The translations under genes were made by a program, and so were the position numbers. A DNA stretch of 36,566 bases. Source: Nemertoderma westbladi (Eukaryota > Animalia > Xenacoelomorpha). Below the pieces are notes generated by a model, which saw nothing but the letters and a program-made list of their open reading frames with translations, had not been told where the DNA came from and did no database searches. Positions 1-10,100 of this stretch are shown here, piece by piece (the first letter of the stretch is position 1; every line of letters starts with the position of its first letter). The stretch lies in the NCBI GenBank assembly GCA_032718475.1, contig JAUCBJ010004340.1, positions 1-36,566 on the forward strand. The letters run 5' to 3'.

Positions 1-297
1 TACTGTGGGAGTAACATTGGTCAGCATGGAGATGGACTGGGACAATGCCGGGAAGGGACTGGCTAATATGGGAGTAACCTGGGACAGCATGGGGGTGGAC
101 TGGGACAATGCGGGGAAGGGACTGGATACTGTGGGAGTAACCTGGGACAGCATGGGGATGGACTGGGACAATGCGGTGAAGGGACTGGACACTGTGGGAG
201 TAACCTGGGACAGCATGGGGATGGACTGAGACAATGCAGGGAAGGGACTGGACACTGTGGGAGTAACCTGGGACAGCAAGGGGATGGACTGGGAAAT
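1..297 (-). repeat. 63-bp tandem repeat (~4.7 copies, continues beyond window), in frame with the RT ORF; unit SQSIPMLSQVTPTVSSPFPAL
   Basis: GGGAGTAAC recurs at 7, 70, 133, 196 and 259 (period 63). Confidence 0.95.
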
Positions 298-1845
298 TGC
301 AGAGGCTGATTGAGATGCACTGCGACCCTCCTGCGCACCACTGAGAGATACACTGTCAGATGGACTATGGGCGATGGTGCGCGAATTGAGAGACGAATCT
401 GAGGAAGCCAGTACTGGTTCACAGTGTAGGGAGCGTACCATAGGCAGGGACCCACATCCATACGCCAGCATAGCGAGTGGATCTCCCTGCGTCATGCCCT
501 CTCTGCTCCACAGAGGGGGGTTGTTGCCAGCGAGGTACAATGCGGCGTGACCATTATATGCATTGTAGAGAAACCTCGAACATCTCGGCCAGAGTACTCT
601 GCAATTCCACAGTATCACGGGACGGCTGAGGCTGTTAAATGCGTTGCGGGCGTCTACTAGAATCATGGCCTCGGTGGATTCATCATCGAATATCGAGACC
701 ATCGCATGGATGGCGCCCTCTATTCCGGCCTTCACCCCGGCACACAATTGGTCTGCACCGCACTGAGTTACAACGTCAGTCTTTGTTGCCATCGCCATGC
801 TGACTGCGAGGAGTCTATAGAGAACCTCCCCTACGCCAATCGGACGGACCCCGGGCTGTTTGTCCAATCCAACCAATCGGCATGCTCGGAGCGCACGGAT
901 CTCCCCCCAGGGTACAATGGTGTTACACAGACGTCGTGCCAACCCCGCCACAACTTCGCGCAACCGCACACTATGGGCCTGGTATCGAGTCAGCAGTGCG
1001 TGCCAGAACTCACCATCCCCTCCGACAGGGCCAGCACAACCACACAGAGCTCGCGCCGCCTTGAGGATGAGCTGTCCAGTCATGTCAACGCCCTCGAGTG
1101 GGGGCAAATCGCTGCAAGATTCAAAACTGTCAGGGGAGACATCCATCTGTGGAGGGTGTTTCTGTTCCAGAACGTCTCGTACGGTAACGCCTAGCGGCTG
1201 ACCCTCAGCTTGGTCCTCGGGGTTGAGAACACCTCCGCAGTCACGATCTGTGACTGTTCGCACAGCTGACCGGTTCATGTTGGCGAGGACCTTTCGATTG
1301 TAGACCCGGAATGTGTTCCCGGAAGTTGCACCGCTTCCAGTCGCGAATTTGCTACTGCACCGCTCGGCCTCAACAAGTAGGGCCCCAAAGTCACCACGTT
1401 CCCACGTTTCTAATCGCCTTAGGAGGGTACGCCGCACATCTGGGGTCTTCACGACATCCGGGTCACGTTGAAAAATCATAGCGACGAAGCAAAGAGGTCG
1501 CTCTGAAGGATAAACTCCTTCACACAGTTTTGCCAGCTCCTTTGTTATGTCGTCAACTATCTTGCGTCCGACATTGCCCCCAGGGACAATATAGCGGCGG
1601 TTTGGTAGACGACATAGGCGACGATGATGACTCTCCCATGTAGGATCGGGTGAAGAACCCGGAGTATTCAGCCAGGACCCGCCGAAAGCGGCTTCCAAAC
1701 GTTCGGAAGTGGAAGGAAGCGGAGGGATGCAGTCCGTGCCACTCTCCACTGCCGGTGGGGCAGCCGATTGCTCAACTACAGTGGTGTCCAACTCCGTGTC
1801 ACTGCTCTCACTCAAAGGAGGCGTTGATGTGGCGGACCCGGACAT
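1..1845 (-). mobile_element. Non-LTR retrotransposon ORF (CRE-like, RLE group), reverse transcriptase N-terminal part; open to the window edge, probably 5'-truncated
   Basis: Manual translation from ATG 1845 gives 615 codons with no stop. Motifs: RRYIVPGGNVGRK, LRRLETWERGDFGALLVEA, VRDVLEQKHP, GCAGPVGGD (region 0), ACRLVGLDKQPGVRPIGVGEVLYRLL, DQLCAGVKAGIEGAIHA, ILVDARNAFNSLSR, SREGMTQGDPLAMLAYG. These resemble animal CRE-type RTs. In-frame stop at 1858-1860 and a sharp GC-to-AT shift near 1855. Confidence 0.9.
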
Positions 1846-1864
1846 TGAATCGTCAAATTAATAA

Positions 1865-1874
1865 TTTATTTATT
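1865..1874 (-). promoter_or_regulatory. Candidate MON2 polyadenylation signal (two overlapping AATAAA)
   Basis: Plus-strand TTTATTTATT reads AATAAATAAA on the minus strand. It is the first canonical hexamer I find after the MON2 stop at 2116. Confidence 0.5.
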
Positions 1875-2115
1875 AGTTAAACTGAAAGAATAAACGACCA
1901 CAAAACAAACCAAAAGGAATGTAAATATGACCCATAAGCTGCAGCATCAATGTTAAAAAGAAACAAATGGCAAGTATAATTCAATAAATTAATAATAATT
2001 GAATTTTACCATTTTTAGAAAATTTCAATTGGACAGAAATTTTTCAAAAATAAAACTAAAAACATTTAGAGCAAAAATTAAATTAATTAAATTTAAATAT
2101 TTGTAAATAAATATC

Positions 2116-5100
2116 TCAAGAATCGGAAGTTGATAAGTCGACGTTCGTTAAAATGACTCCGTTATTAACGGGAGTTGGGGGACCCAGCAGACTGGCGTAC
2201 TCTCTCAAGGCGTCCTTAAGGGCAGCGCAGACCTGCGCTGATTGACAGGTGCAGCAGTCCACTAGGTAGGGGTAGAGTTCGATGACCTGCCGCCACACGT
2301 GGGGGTCCACCACCGTGGTGGAGCCGTCCACGGACTTCAAGGACTGCACCAACGTGGTAACGGCTTTGAGTACGAAGGATATCTCGAACATCCTGGGCCG
2401 AGGGAGCGGGCACTTACCGCTCAGTCTCTCGTCCTCCACGTAGCGTTTTAGAACGTCCTGACTGCGAGTCAGCAACGAGGCCAAGGCGAGACGCGTGATA
2501 ACCCCCTCGTCCGCGGCCATATTCCTACGGATAAAGGAGAACTCGAGGAGAGTCTCGAAACACGACTTAGCGAATTCCTCTCGAAGTCGTTTGGTTAGAT
2601 CCACGTTGATGAAATCGTTGGAGACTGAATGAATAGACCCCTGGTTGAGCAGCTGCATCACCTTAGAGATGAACGACTTGGGGATTCGCACCGAGTTGGG
2701 GAGGATATCGTTTCGGATTAACGCGATTATGGCAACGTCGAGCTTCTCGTCGGCCTGCTGGGCCTCGAGGCTGAGATTGGAGGGAGGGGCCGTCGCGGGG
2801 AACAGGAAGTCGTGGAAGGTTCCCGCGAGTTCGTCCCACATCGAGGCTCGACCGCCTGGCTCGCTCGATTCCAACTCCACTCCTAAACCCGTGCGGATCA
2901 CGATAAGGAAGGAATGGACCGCGAGCTTCCAGGTAGACGCCGCGGCGCACTTATACTTCATCTTCAAAGGGATTCTAAGAGTCCGAATCATCGATTCTAG
3001 AATATTATTAGCGATTACGTTTTTGTTTCGCGCCGAGCCGATGTAGAGGTTCACTAGGCGATGCATCGCGGCCTCGGAGAAGGCGACAAAGTCGACCGAG
3101 ACCCAGTTATTGGCCCCGAACTTGGGCGGCAGACAGGCGTACTCCACGAAGGAGAGGATCAGCGCGAACACCGCGGGGTACATGTGCTCGTAGCGGGATT
3201 GCGAGAGCTCCGCTGCGAACGTCTCGACCGCAGTGAGCGCCGAGTTCTGTAGCGTCGTGGTCGCGGGTTGTAGGTCCGAGTCGCAGGGCAGTATGAAGGG
3301 ACTCGTGTCCGCGTGCACCGGGATCGCGAGAGAGCCGCGGACTATCTCGGAGAGGCGACTCATGTCCGACATGGAGAAACGGACGTGGATGTGTTTATAT
3401 ATGGACGGGAAAATATCCAAGAAGTCGGTTAGGAAAGTCTGCGAGGGAAGTATGACCTTCTGCGGTTGCTGTCCGGGGGATTTAACACCGGAATGTTTGC
3501 GGACGCCAGTCTGTCCGGCGAGTCCGGACTTCAAACCAGACTGTCCGGTGGTCGTACCAGACTGTCCGGCCACCCCAGACTGCGCGCCCACCCCACCCTG
3601 CCCGGGCACCTGCACAACAGACACCCCGATATTGCACCACACCCTCCACGCGTTGTTCCACAGCAACTCGTCGTCCGGGAACTCACACAGCGCCGCCGCT
3701 TGCAGCACCTCCCGCAGACTGTGCAACGAGCTGAGAGAAACCTCGTGAATGCGGCACAAAGTCGCCAACTCCACATTGTCCAACAATAACGCCCACGCCC
3801 GCGGGAACTCGCCCAACCCCTGGAGCAGTTTGTACCGCGAGCTAAACACCCGAGCGACGCCTCCCAACATCAGCACTCGCGTCTCGGCCCACTGCTTCTC
3901 CGCGGTATCCCGACTGTGATGCATCAGGATGTTGGAGTCTGCGCCGACTCCGTCCGCGTCAGCCTGCGCCGAGAGACGGCGCACGTTGTCCAGCAACGGA
4001 AACAACACGGTCCACAGCACTGTGCGCCAACACTCCGCCCCTAGACGGTCTCCGTGGGCGGTAACCGCGCCGAATAGAGTCTGCCCGGCGCTCTTCCGTA
4101 TAGCGGGTCGATCGTCCACGCACAACTCGCCGAGTTTCCCGTAGAGAACGCGCCACAAAGCCTCCCCCGGCGGCTCCCGTCGTTGGTACACGTGATCCGA
4201 GATGTTCCACAGCAGCCCGATGGCCGTGAGCGAGATGTTGAGCTCGGCGTGCTGAGCGGCGAACCGAGCCGCCACCTCGACGCACAACTGGCAGCAATCG
4301 ATCGAGAGAACCGCCAAGTAGTCGGTGATTACGAGCTGGAAACTGTGGAAGGCCTGTCGGATGAGGAATTCCCCTTGGGACTCTTTGATGGTCCCGATAA
4401 TGTGCAGCATAAGGGACCACCCGGGGCCCAGCTGCGGCCCGCTGCACTGCAGGATGTAGTGGACGCACTCGAGCTGTTTGTTACGGACGTCGTTGAAACC
4501 GACCTCGGAGAGGCGCGCGAGCGGTTGGAAGAGCATGGACTGGAGTTTGGGGTTGGCGTGGAGGGGCGACTCGTAGCCGTCGTGGTCCACGGCGGACTGG
4601 ACGAGAGCGGTGAGCGACTCGGCGGCGAAACAACGCATCCCCGTGTGCGTGTTGGAGACGATCTCCTGGAGGTGGTTGGTGACCGGTCGCCAGAGGATCT
4701 CGACGCGGGATACATTGACCAACCCGGTCTCGAGAAGCTTAGCGACGGCGAACAGGGAGGGTTCGCGGCCAGCGTTGGCGCAGTCCACACTCTCGGAGGA
4801 GAGTTTGCAGAGAGCGTCGATAAGATGATGGAGAGCGACGTCGTTCATGTACTGGGAGCTCTCGAACAGCCGAGAGAGCATGGACGAGAGAACCGGTAGC
4901 TCTACAGCGGCGACGGCCGTGATCACGGTATTGGGAGAGTCTGCGGGGTTCCCGACACGCAGACCCCCGCCGCTAGAGGGCTTCAGTCCGAGGATCCAGA
5001 CGAGGTGCTGCAGGGTCGTCAGCACCAGATGCCACGAGCTCGCCAGGATGTTGCCGTGGCAATGGGCCAGACTCAGCAGCCCCTCCATGCACTGGAGGTT

Positions 5101-5802
5101 CTTAGCCGTCAAGGTGACGCTGGCGCCGCTCGCCGGGTTGCTAAGCGATGGCATCGCCGTTCCCATAGCGACCACCTGATGCCTAACATTGATGTCCTCG
5201 ATAGCGTTATTGCCGCCATTCCGCTCCAACTGACCCGACGACCTGTCTGTCTGCCCGTTGTTGCGTGGCAGCAGCGCCAGTCCGTAGTGCGCGGGTAGAC
5301 TGGCTTTACACATCGCGGTCACGAAGGCGTCGCGGGGGCTGGTCAACCCCAGGGTGCCGCACACCGAGGCCAACGTCTGGTCCGCCTTGAGGATGAGTTC
5401 GGTGTTGGCCTCGTCGGAGCTGGCGTCGAGGAGGAAGGAGAAGGCGGCCAGTAAGCCGCACCAGGAGGAATCGATTAGTTGGCGGTTGAGGCGGTCCGAA
5501 GTGTCCTTGTTGGTGGTGGAGGTCTCATCGGATGGGACCCCCTCTGGTACACCACCCGGGTGCTCTACACCATCAGCAACACCCTTGTGCACCCCCTCCG
5601 CACCCCCGTCGGGTTGGACACCCCCGGACCCGCCCCCCGTTTGCTTAGCGGACGGGGAATCGTTGACACTCCAAGCGATCGCCCGGACAATGTCCAGGAT
5701 ACACGCGAACGCGGTTCCGAGGTTGTACACCTCCGCTATATTCGGAGATTCGTGGCAGTCGAGTTTATCAAGATAAGTTGCTCGGCAAACTCCGGCAATC
5801 GG
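2116..5802 (-). CDS. MON2: MON2 coding exon 2 (HDS/Mon2 C-terminal regions), 1228 aa plus stop
   Basis: MON2-typical motifs: WCGLLAAFSFLLDASSDEANTELILKA, RDAFVTAMCKASLP, LTAKNLQCM..LL.LAHCHG, SLFAVAKLLETGLVN, ELNISLTAIGLLWNISD, LMHHSRDTAEKQWAETRVL, DERLSGKCPLPR. Acceptor TTGTTTGCAG|CCG at 5803/5802, phase 0. The first 37 aa of the listed ORF are intronic. Confidence 0.95.
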   Translation of the reverse strand, partial: PIAGVCRATYLDKLDCHESPNIAEVYNLGTAFACILDIVRAIAWSVNDSPSAKQTGGGSGGVQPDGGAEGVHKGVADGVEHPGGVPEGVPSDETSTTNKDTSDRLNRQLIDSSWCGLLAAFSFLLDASSDEANTELILKADQTLASVCGTLGLTSPRDAFVTAMCKASLPAHYGLALLPRNNGQTDRSSGQLERNGGNNAIEDINVRHQVVAMGTAMPSLSNPASGASVTLTAKNLQCMEGLLSLAHCHGNILASSWHLVLTTLQHLVWILGLKPSSGGGLRVGNPADSPNTVITAVAAVELPVLSSMLSRLFESSQYMNDVALHHLIDALCKLSSESVDCANAGREPSLFAVAKLLETGLVNVSRVEILWRPVTNHLQEIVSNTHTGMRCFAAESLTALVQSAVDHDGYESPLHANPKLQSMLFQPLARLSEVGFNDVRNKQLECVHYILQCSGPQLGPGWSLMLHIIGTIKESQGEFLIRQAFHSFQLVITDYLAVLSIDCCQLCVEVAARFAAQHAELNISLTAIGLLWNISDHVYQRREPPGEALWRVLYGKLGELCVDDRPAIRKSAGQTLFGAVTAHGDRLGAECWRTVLWTVLFPLLDNVRRLSAQADADGVGADSNILMHHSRDTAEKQWAETRVLMLGGVARVFSSRYKLLQGLGEFPRAWALLLDNVELATLCRIHEVSLSSLHSLREVLQAAALCEFPDDELLWNNAWRVWCNIGVSVVQVPGQGGVGAQSGVAGQSGTTTGQSGLKSGLAGQTGVRKHSGVKSPGQQPQKVILPSQTFLTDFLDIFPSIYKHIHVRFSMSDMSRLSEIVRGSLAIPVHADTSPFILPCDSDLQPATTTLQNSALTAVETFAAELSQSRYEHMYPAVFALILSFVEYACLPPKFGANNWVSVDFVAFSEAAMHRLVNLYIGSARNKNVIANNILESMIRTLRIPLKMKYKCAAASTWKLAVHSFLIVIRTGLGVELESSEPGGRASMWDELAGTFHDFLFPATAPPSNLSLEAQQADEKLDVAIIALIRNDILPNSVRIPKSFISKVMQLLNQGSIHSVSNDFINVDLTKRLREEFAKSCFETLLEFSFIRRNMAADEGVITRLALASLLTRSQDVLKRYVEDERLSGKCPLPRPRMFEISFVLKAVTTLVQSLKSVDGSTTVVDPHVWRQVIELYPYLVDCCTCQSAQVCAALKDALREYASLLGPPTPVNNGVILTNVDLSTSDS

Positions 5803-6000
5803 CTGCAAACAATGTAAGATAATAATAGACAGACAGATAGATAGAAACCGTTTAAAGGGACGGGAATACGCACGGGAAGCACTGGAATAACGATAACTGA
5901 CAATAAGAAGCACGGGAATAACGTTGTACTTTACTATGAGTGACTTAAAAAAAAAGCCCTAAAAATGATACCCCCTTCCATAGCGAATAAATCTTCTACC

Positions 6001-6095
6001 GCCCTGGTAGCACAGTGGTCTTAGGACAAACACTCGGGCTGATGATAACCGGAAGTTTGAAACCTAGGTACCGGGTTCGAGCCCCAAAAGGGGCG
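6001..6095 (+). ncRNA. tRNA-derived element (tRNA pseudogene or SINE head) with Pol III A and B boxes
   Basis: 5' GCCC pairs with 3' GGGC (6091-6094). A box TAGCACAGTGG (6008-6018), B box GGTTCGAGCCC (6074-6084), T5 run at 6105-6109. The D, T and anticodon arms are irregular. Confidence 0.6.
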
Positions 6096-6176
6096 GTTGA
6101 TATATTTTTCGCTATGGAGAGCATTATCAATATGTACTATAACATATATAAAATTCTGAATTAGCTCCTTTTAAAT

Positions 6177-6402
6177 GGGTCAGAGTAAAACGCGGATCCG
6201 GATTCTACATTTAACATTGTCCCTACGGAAGTCGATTTTTTTTTACATTTTTATAACTCCCAAAAATAAAACTATAACCTGTTCTATTGAGTTTAGTTTC
6301 TTGTTTTGGTTAAAATAACGTGCCACTGTAACCTGCTCCTTTCCCTTAATTGATAATTTTGGAATCCGGATCCGGATCCGGATCCGCGTTTTACACCTCC
6401 CC
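6177..6402. mobile_element. MITE with TIRs and 9-bp TSD (Mutator-like)
   Basis: GTAAAACGCGGATCCGGAT (6185-6203) is inverted at 6376-6394. Ends are GGG...CCC. Direct repeat CTTTTAAAT at 6168-6176 and 6403-6411. Confidence 0.75.
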
Positions 6403-7689
6403 CTTTTAAATGATTGATTTTAAAGCTGCGATTTAGTGTGATGACATTGGCTGGTATAAGTGCGTTTTTCTCAGTTTGATAAAAACCGAGTTAGCGCCTT
6501 TTTATTATTGACATGCGACGAAATGTTGCAATTTACGTAACTATAATTATCAGTAATTTTGAAGAAGTAACTATTGATTAAAGCAAATATATGCGTGTAA
6601 GAAGTGAATTTTCAATGCATAACAATTAACAATGGCAATTACGCAAGAGTTGAAACCCTAAAGAAATTATTTTAGTTCTAGTTACAAATGAATCGAGTTA
6701 CAGTCCAGTAACTGTATAAGAAACTACTGCGGCTGCATTTATGAATCGCTTTTCTCAACAACTTTAAACAAAGAACAGTCGCGACAGTATCAAATGGAAT
6801 AAAAAAAAAGAATCCTGTAAAAGGTGACTAAAGAATCTGCAAATACTAAATACAAAAGTAATGTTGATGTTTAGAAATATAAACATAATTAATATAAAAT
6901 AAAACCCATAAAAAATATAGGCTTGTTTACCAACCAACCACACCTATAAATAACGTAACATTAAAAAAATCCGTTTGAAAGATTTTAAATACTTACTATT
7001 ACCCGCTACTGTAGTAAAAAACCCACTACCTTCATAAAAACGCAAGCTAATTAATAATGTTAACAAAATTTTTTTTTTATTTTCAAAAAATGCTAGCTAG
7101 TAAAAAAAACGCTAGCTGCTATAAAAAAAAATATCTACTTAAGGTTCTAGAACATTCACCATTACCAAAAAAAAAACATTGAAAAACACAAAAAAATTAA
7201 TGGTTAAAAAAATTGACAGAGACTGTCGACAGGGCGAAGTAGTGCCAATAAATAATAAACCAAAACAAAAGTTACATAATGTGAATTTCGAGGGAATAAG
7301 CAATAACCAGCTCACTAGTACCATGATGTACTATTCTGTATCATAATTATAATTCTAGAATCGCAAAATGACTGTGACTATTATATTACACTCTGATTAT
7401 TGACCATTTTCCTACACGAATAAAATATAACAGCAGCTACCGGTAGTATTGGTATTATATTTATCTGTGTTTGTTTTCATTATATGCGAAACATTCTAGA
7501 ACGATTTAAGTTATTGCCAAGGATATCTTGTTCCTCTGGCCTCCTTTCAGTGCATGATGATGTTCTAAAACCGTATTACATCTGGGCCTGGCAAGTGAAA
7601 TAGTAAAAAAATTGTTGAAGTTGGAAGTAGTTCTTACAGATTTTTTATAGAAATATATCCATATTGTATTATTATATTATTATTATTAT

Positions 7690-8609
7690 GGGGTCAGCTC
7701 CGCGCGTGGCTACATTTTTGGATTTTTAACTGTACTTTTACACTGTAGTTTTATAAACACACATTATTCCCATAAAGTTAAATATTTTTATGGAAACGTG
7801 TATCAATCAGATAATAACTACAAATAATCTTATATTCGCCCATGCCGCACGTGAAGAATACCAGGATTTCACTTTTCGGTCGACTTTTTATTGGAATTTT
7901 ATATATGACTATTTTTTATTTTTTTTAATTTATATTTTTTAAGTGTTTTATAGCGCTTATTTCTGTCTTATAACCTGTACATATACTAATTCGTTTATTG
8001 TTTTGGTTTGATTCAGCCCTTCTGTAACCTGTGGTTTTGGTGAAAACCTGGTATACTTCACAAGGGAGTAACTGCAAAGTGAAATATAACAGCAGAAAGT
8101 ATTGCTATATATTATATATATGCTATATATTGCTATACAGGTTGGTTATCCCAACATGATCCCAAGATTCAATCAGAATTGCAGGCAGTTGCTAGGGAAA
8201 GGTCACCTTGTTGCTAAGGAAAAGCGTATCAGCGCAAATGTCACTATTAACCATCTTCTATTGCTAGACATGTTGTTTATCCCAAGTTTCAATCAAAATT
8301 TCAATAAATATACAGCGGTTGCTAGGGAAAGGTCACCCTGTTGCCAAGGAAAAGTGTATCAGCGCAAATGTCACTATTAACCATCTTCTATTGCTAGACA
8401 GGTTGTTTATCCCAAGTTTCAATCATAATTACATTAAATATACAACGGTTGCTATGAAAAAGTCACCCTGTTGCTAGGGAAGTAGTCAATTTTTTTGGTA
8501 CACAGGCTCAGATTAATCTACACATTTTTTTACATATATAGTCACATTTTCATGCTTTTGTCCGGCAATTAACGATTTTGCTATATTTCAGCCTTAAGCG
8601 ACCCCACTG
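7690..8609. mobile_element. Putative non-autonomous DNA transposon with internal ~130-bp tandem repeats
   Basis: Ends TGGGGTCAGCT ... AGCGACCCCACTG form an imperfect IR. About 2.5 copies of a 130-bp unit at ~8160-8480 (TTGCTAGACA at 8261 and 8391). Segment 7838-8100 recurs inverted at 35786-36040. Confidence 0.55.
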
Positions 8610-8946
8610 TAACATAATTGAGAATAACAAGATAACCAGCTCAAAAATCTTTACGGATACATAGCAATAAATTATACTACGTGTCTAGACCATGTCCCAG
8701 AATATAGTGTCGTAATTCAGAGACTCCCCTCCCCGAGTTTCACCTCCCGACCACTAACTGGGTGAGCCAGAATTTTTATTTTTGCTTTCAATCTTTAGCT
8801 CCAAGCGTTTAAAAAAAGTGTCTCCAGCGATATTACACCAGTTACACCGCAGTTATTCTTCTACCTTATAGCTGTTTGTTGGTACCAATGGAAAGCTGGC
8901 CCTGCAAGGATTCTAAATATGTAACACAATTTGAATTTCGTTGAAA

Positions 8947-9219
8947 AATAGCTGAGATATGACCGTTCAAATGTTGCAAGGATATGCACCGGCGCGAGGC
9001 TATTTTATTATATTTAATAAATTCATCATAATCTGGAATATTTTGTTTATCCAAATACGTAGCTGGGCAACAATGCATTACATCTTTAATCATACTATTA
9101 CGTAGCTATTCATACATTTAAAAAATGTTCCAGAAAATGGTTTATTTATTAAATAGAATAAAATAGCCTCGCGCCGGTGCAAAACCATGAAACATTTGTA
9201 CGCCCATATCTCCGCTATT
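8947..9219. repeat. Foldback/inverted repeat with ~75-bp arms
   Basis: AATAGCTGAGATATG...TGCACCGGCGCGAGGCTATTTTATT (8947-9023) matches the reverse complement of 9144-9219. Confidence 0.85.
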
Positions 9220-9849
9220 CCTACAGAACTATAGAATTCTATAATGAGAGAATTTCCAGTAATTTTGAATTGGAAGAAATGGAAGAAAAATTGGGGGAGG
9301 GGGAGGGGGGGGGGGGGGTCACTGAATTACGTATTAATTAGCTACAACAATATTCTTTACTCAATTCTACACCACCCAAATATGAATTAAATTAGCCTAC
9401 TCGTAATGAAGAAATGAAATGGAGAGTTTTATAATCGAATATTAACGGTGATGGTGCACATGTAATGTACAAAATGCTCTCATGTTGGGGGATAAATGTA
9501 AAAAAATGTATGGGTAAAAATATTTCTTAAAATAATAAATGATGTATTAAACTTAAACATTTCCCATTTTTATAATTATTTGTATTTAATATTAGTAATT
9601 GATTGTTTTTAAGATAACTTGGGCTTCCCGCTGGGATTATATTCTCGAATCGATGCCCATTTCTTCCAATGCCTCCTGGGGCACGAAAATAACAAGTAAT
9701 CAAGGAGTTTTCCGGGATGATGAAGATGAATATGACACTCATCATATGCGATTTATTGGGGCATTTTTGTACAAGTTCCAAAGTGGTACGAAAAATACAA
9801 GTAGAACTATTGATATTAATTACATTTAATTAAATTTTTAGTAATTATA

Positions 9850-10100
9850 TTTTTTATTCTAAGGTAATGTAACTAGAGTTAGCGCCAGAAGTGACATGCA
9901 ACTGGATCCATTCGGTAATCTGTCGTAACCGATCTAGCGAAGTAGGAACACTTCATCCAGGCTAGCTTTGGTGGGGAGGGTCCCCATGATGGCGCTGGCA
10001 TTCCCACGGGTGATGGCAATCGATAGCCGCTGGAACAGGAAGGATGTGGACCTTGGTTCCCCGGTGGCGAGGGCGATTCGGCGACCGATCTCATTGAGAA
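9850..10100 (-). mobile_element. 3' tail of an RLE-type (CRE-like) non-LTR retrotransposon: ORF C-terminus plus short 3' UTR
   Basis: 10098-9934 translates to LNEIGRRIALATGEPRSTSFLFQRLSIAITRGNASAIMGTLPTKASLDEVFLLR*, the characteristic post-endonuclease C-terminus. Minus-strand AATAAA at 9853-9858. Confidence 0.8.

Noticed and set aside
5-1880. Listed short ORFs (5-229, 63-461, 706-1194, 860-1201, 882-1064, 1650-1880)
   Set aside because: Antisense or off-frame shadows of the RT ORF.
2216-5817. Many overlapping ORFs inside MON2 exon 2, and likewise within the zinc-finger CDS
   Set aside because: Expected shadows of GC-rich coding sequence, with no recognisable motifs.
6001-6095. Functional tRNA, including tRNA-Sec (GCCC...GGGCG, CAGTGGTCT)
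   Set aside because: No UCA anticodon loop, poor D and T stem pairing, and an irregular anticodon arm.
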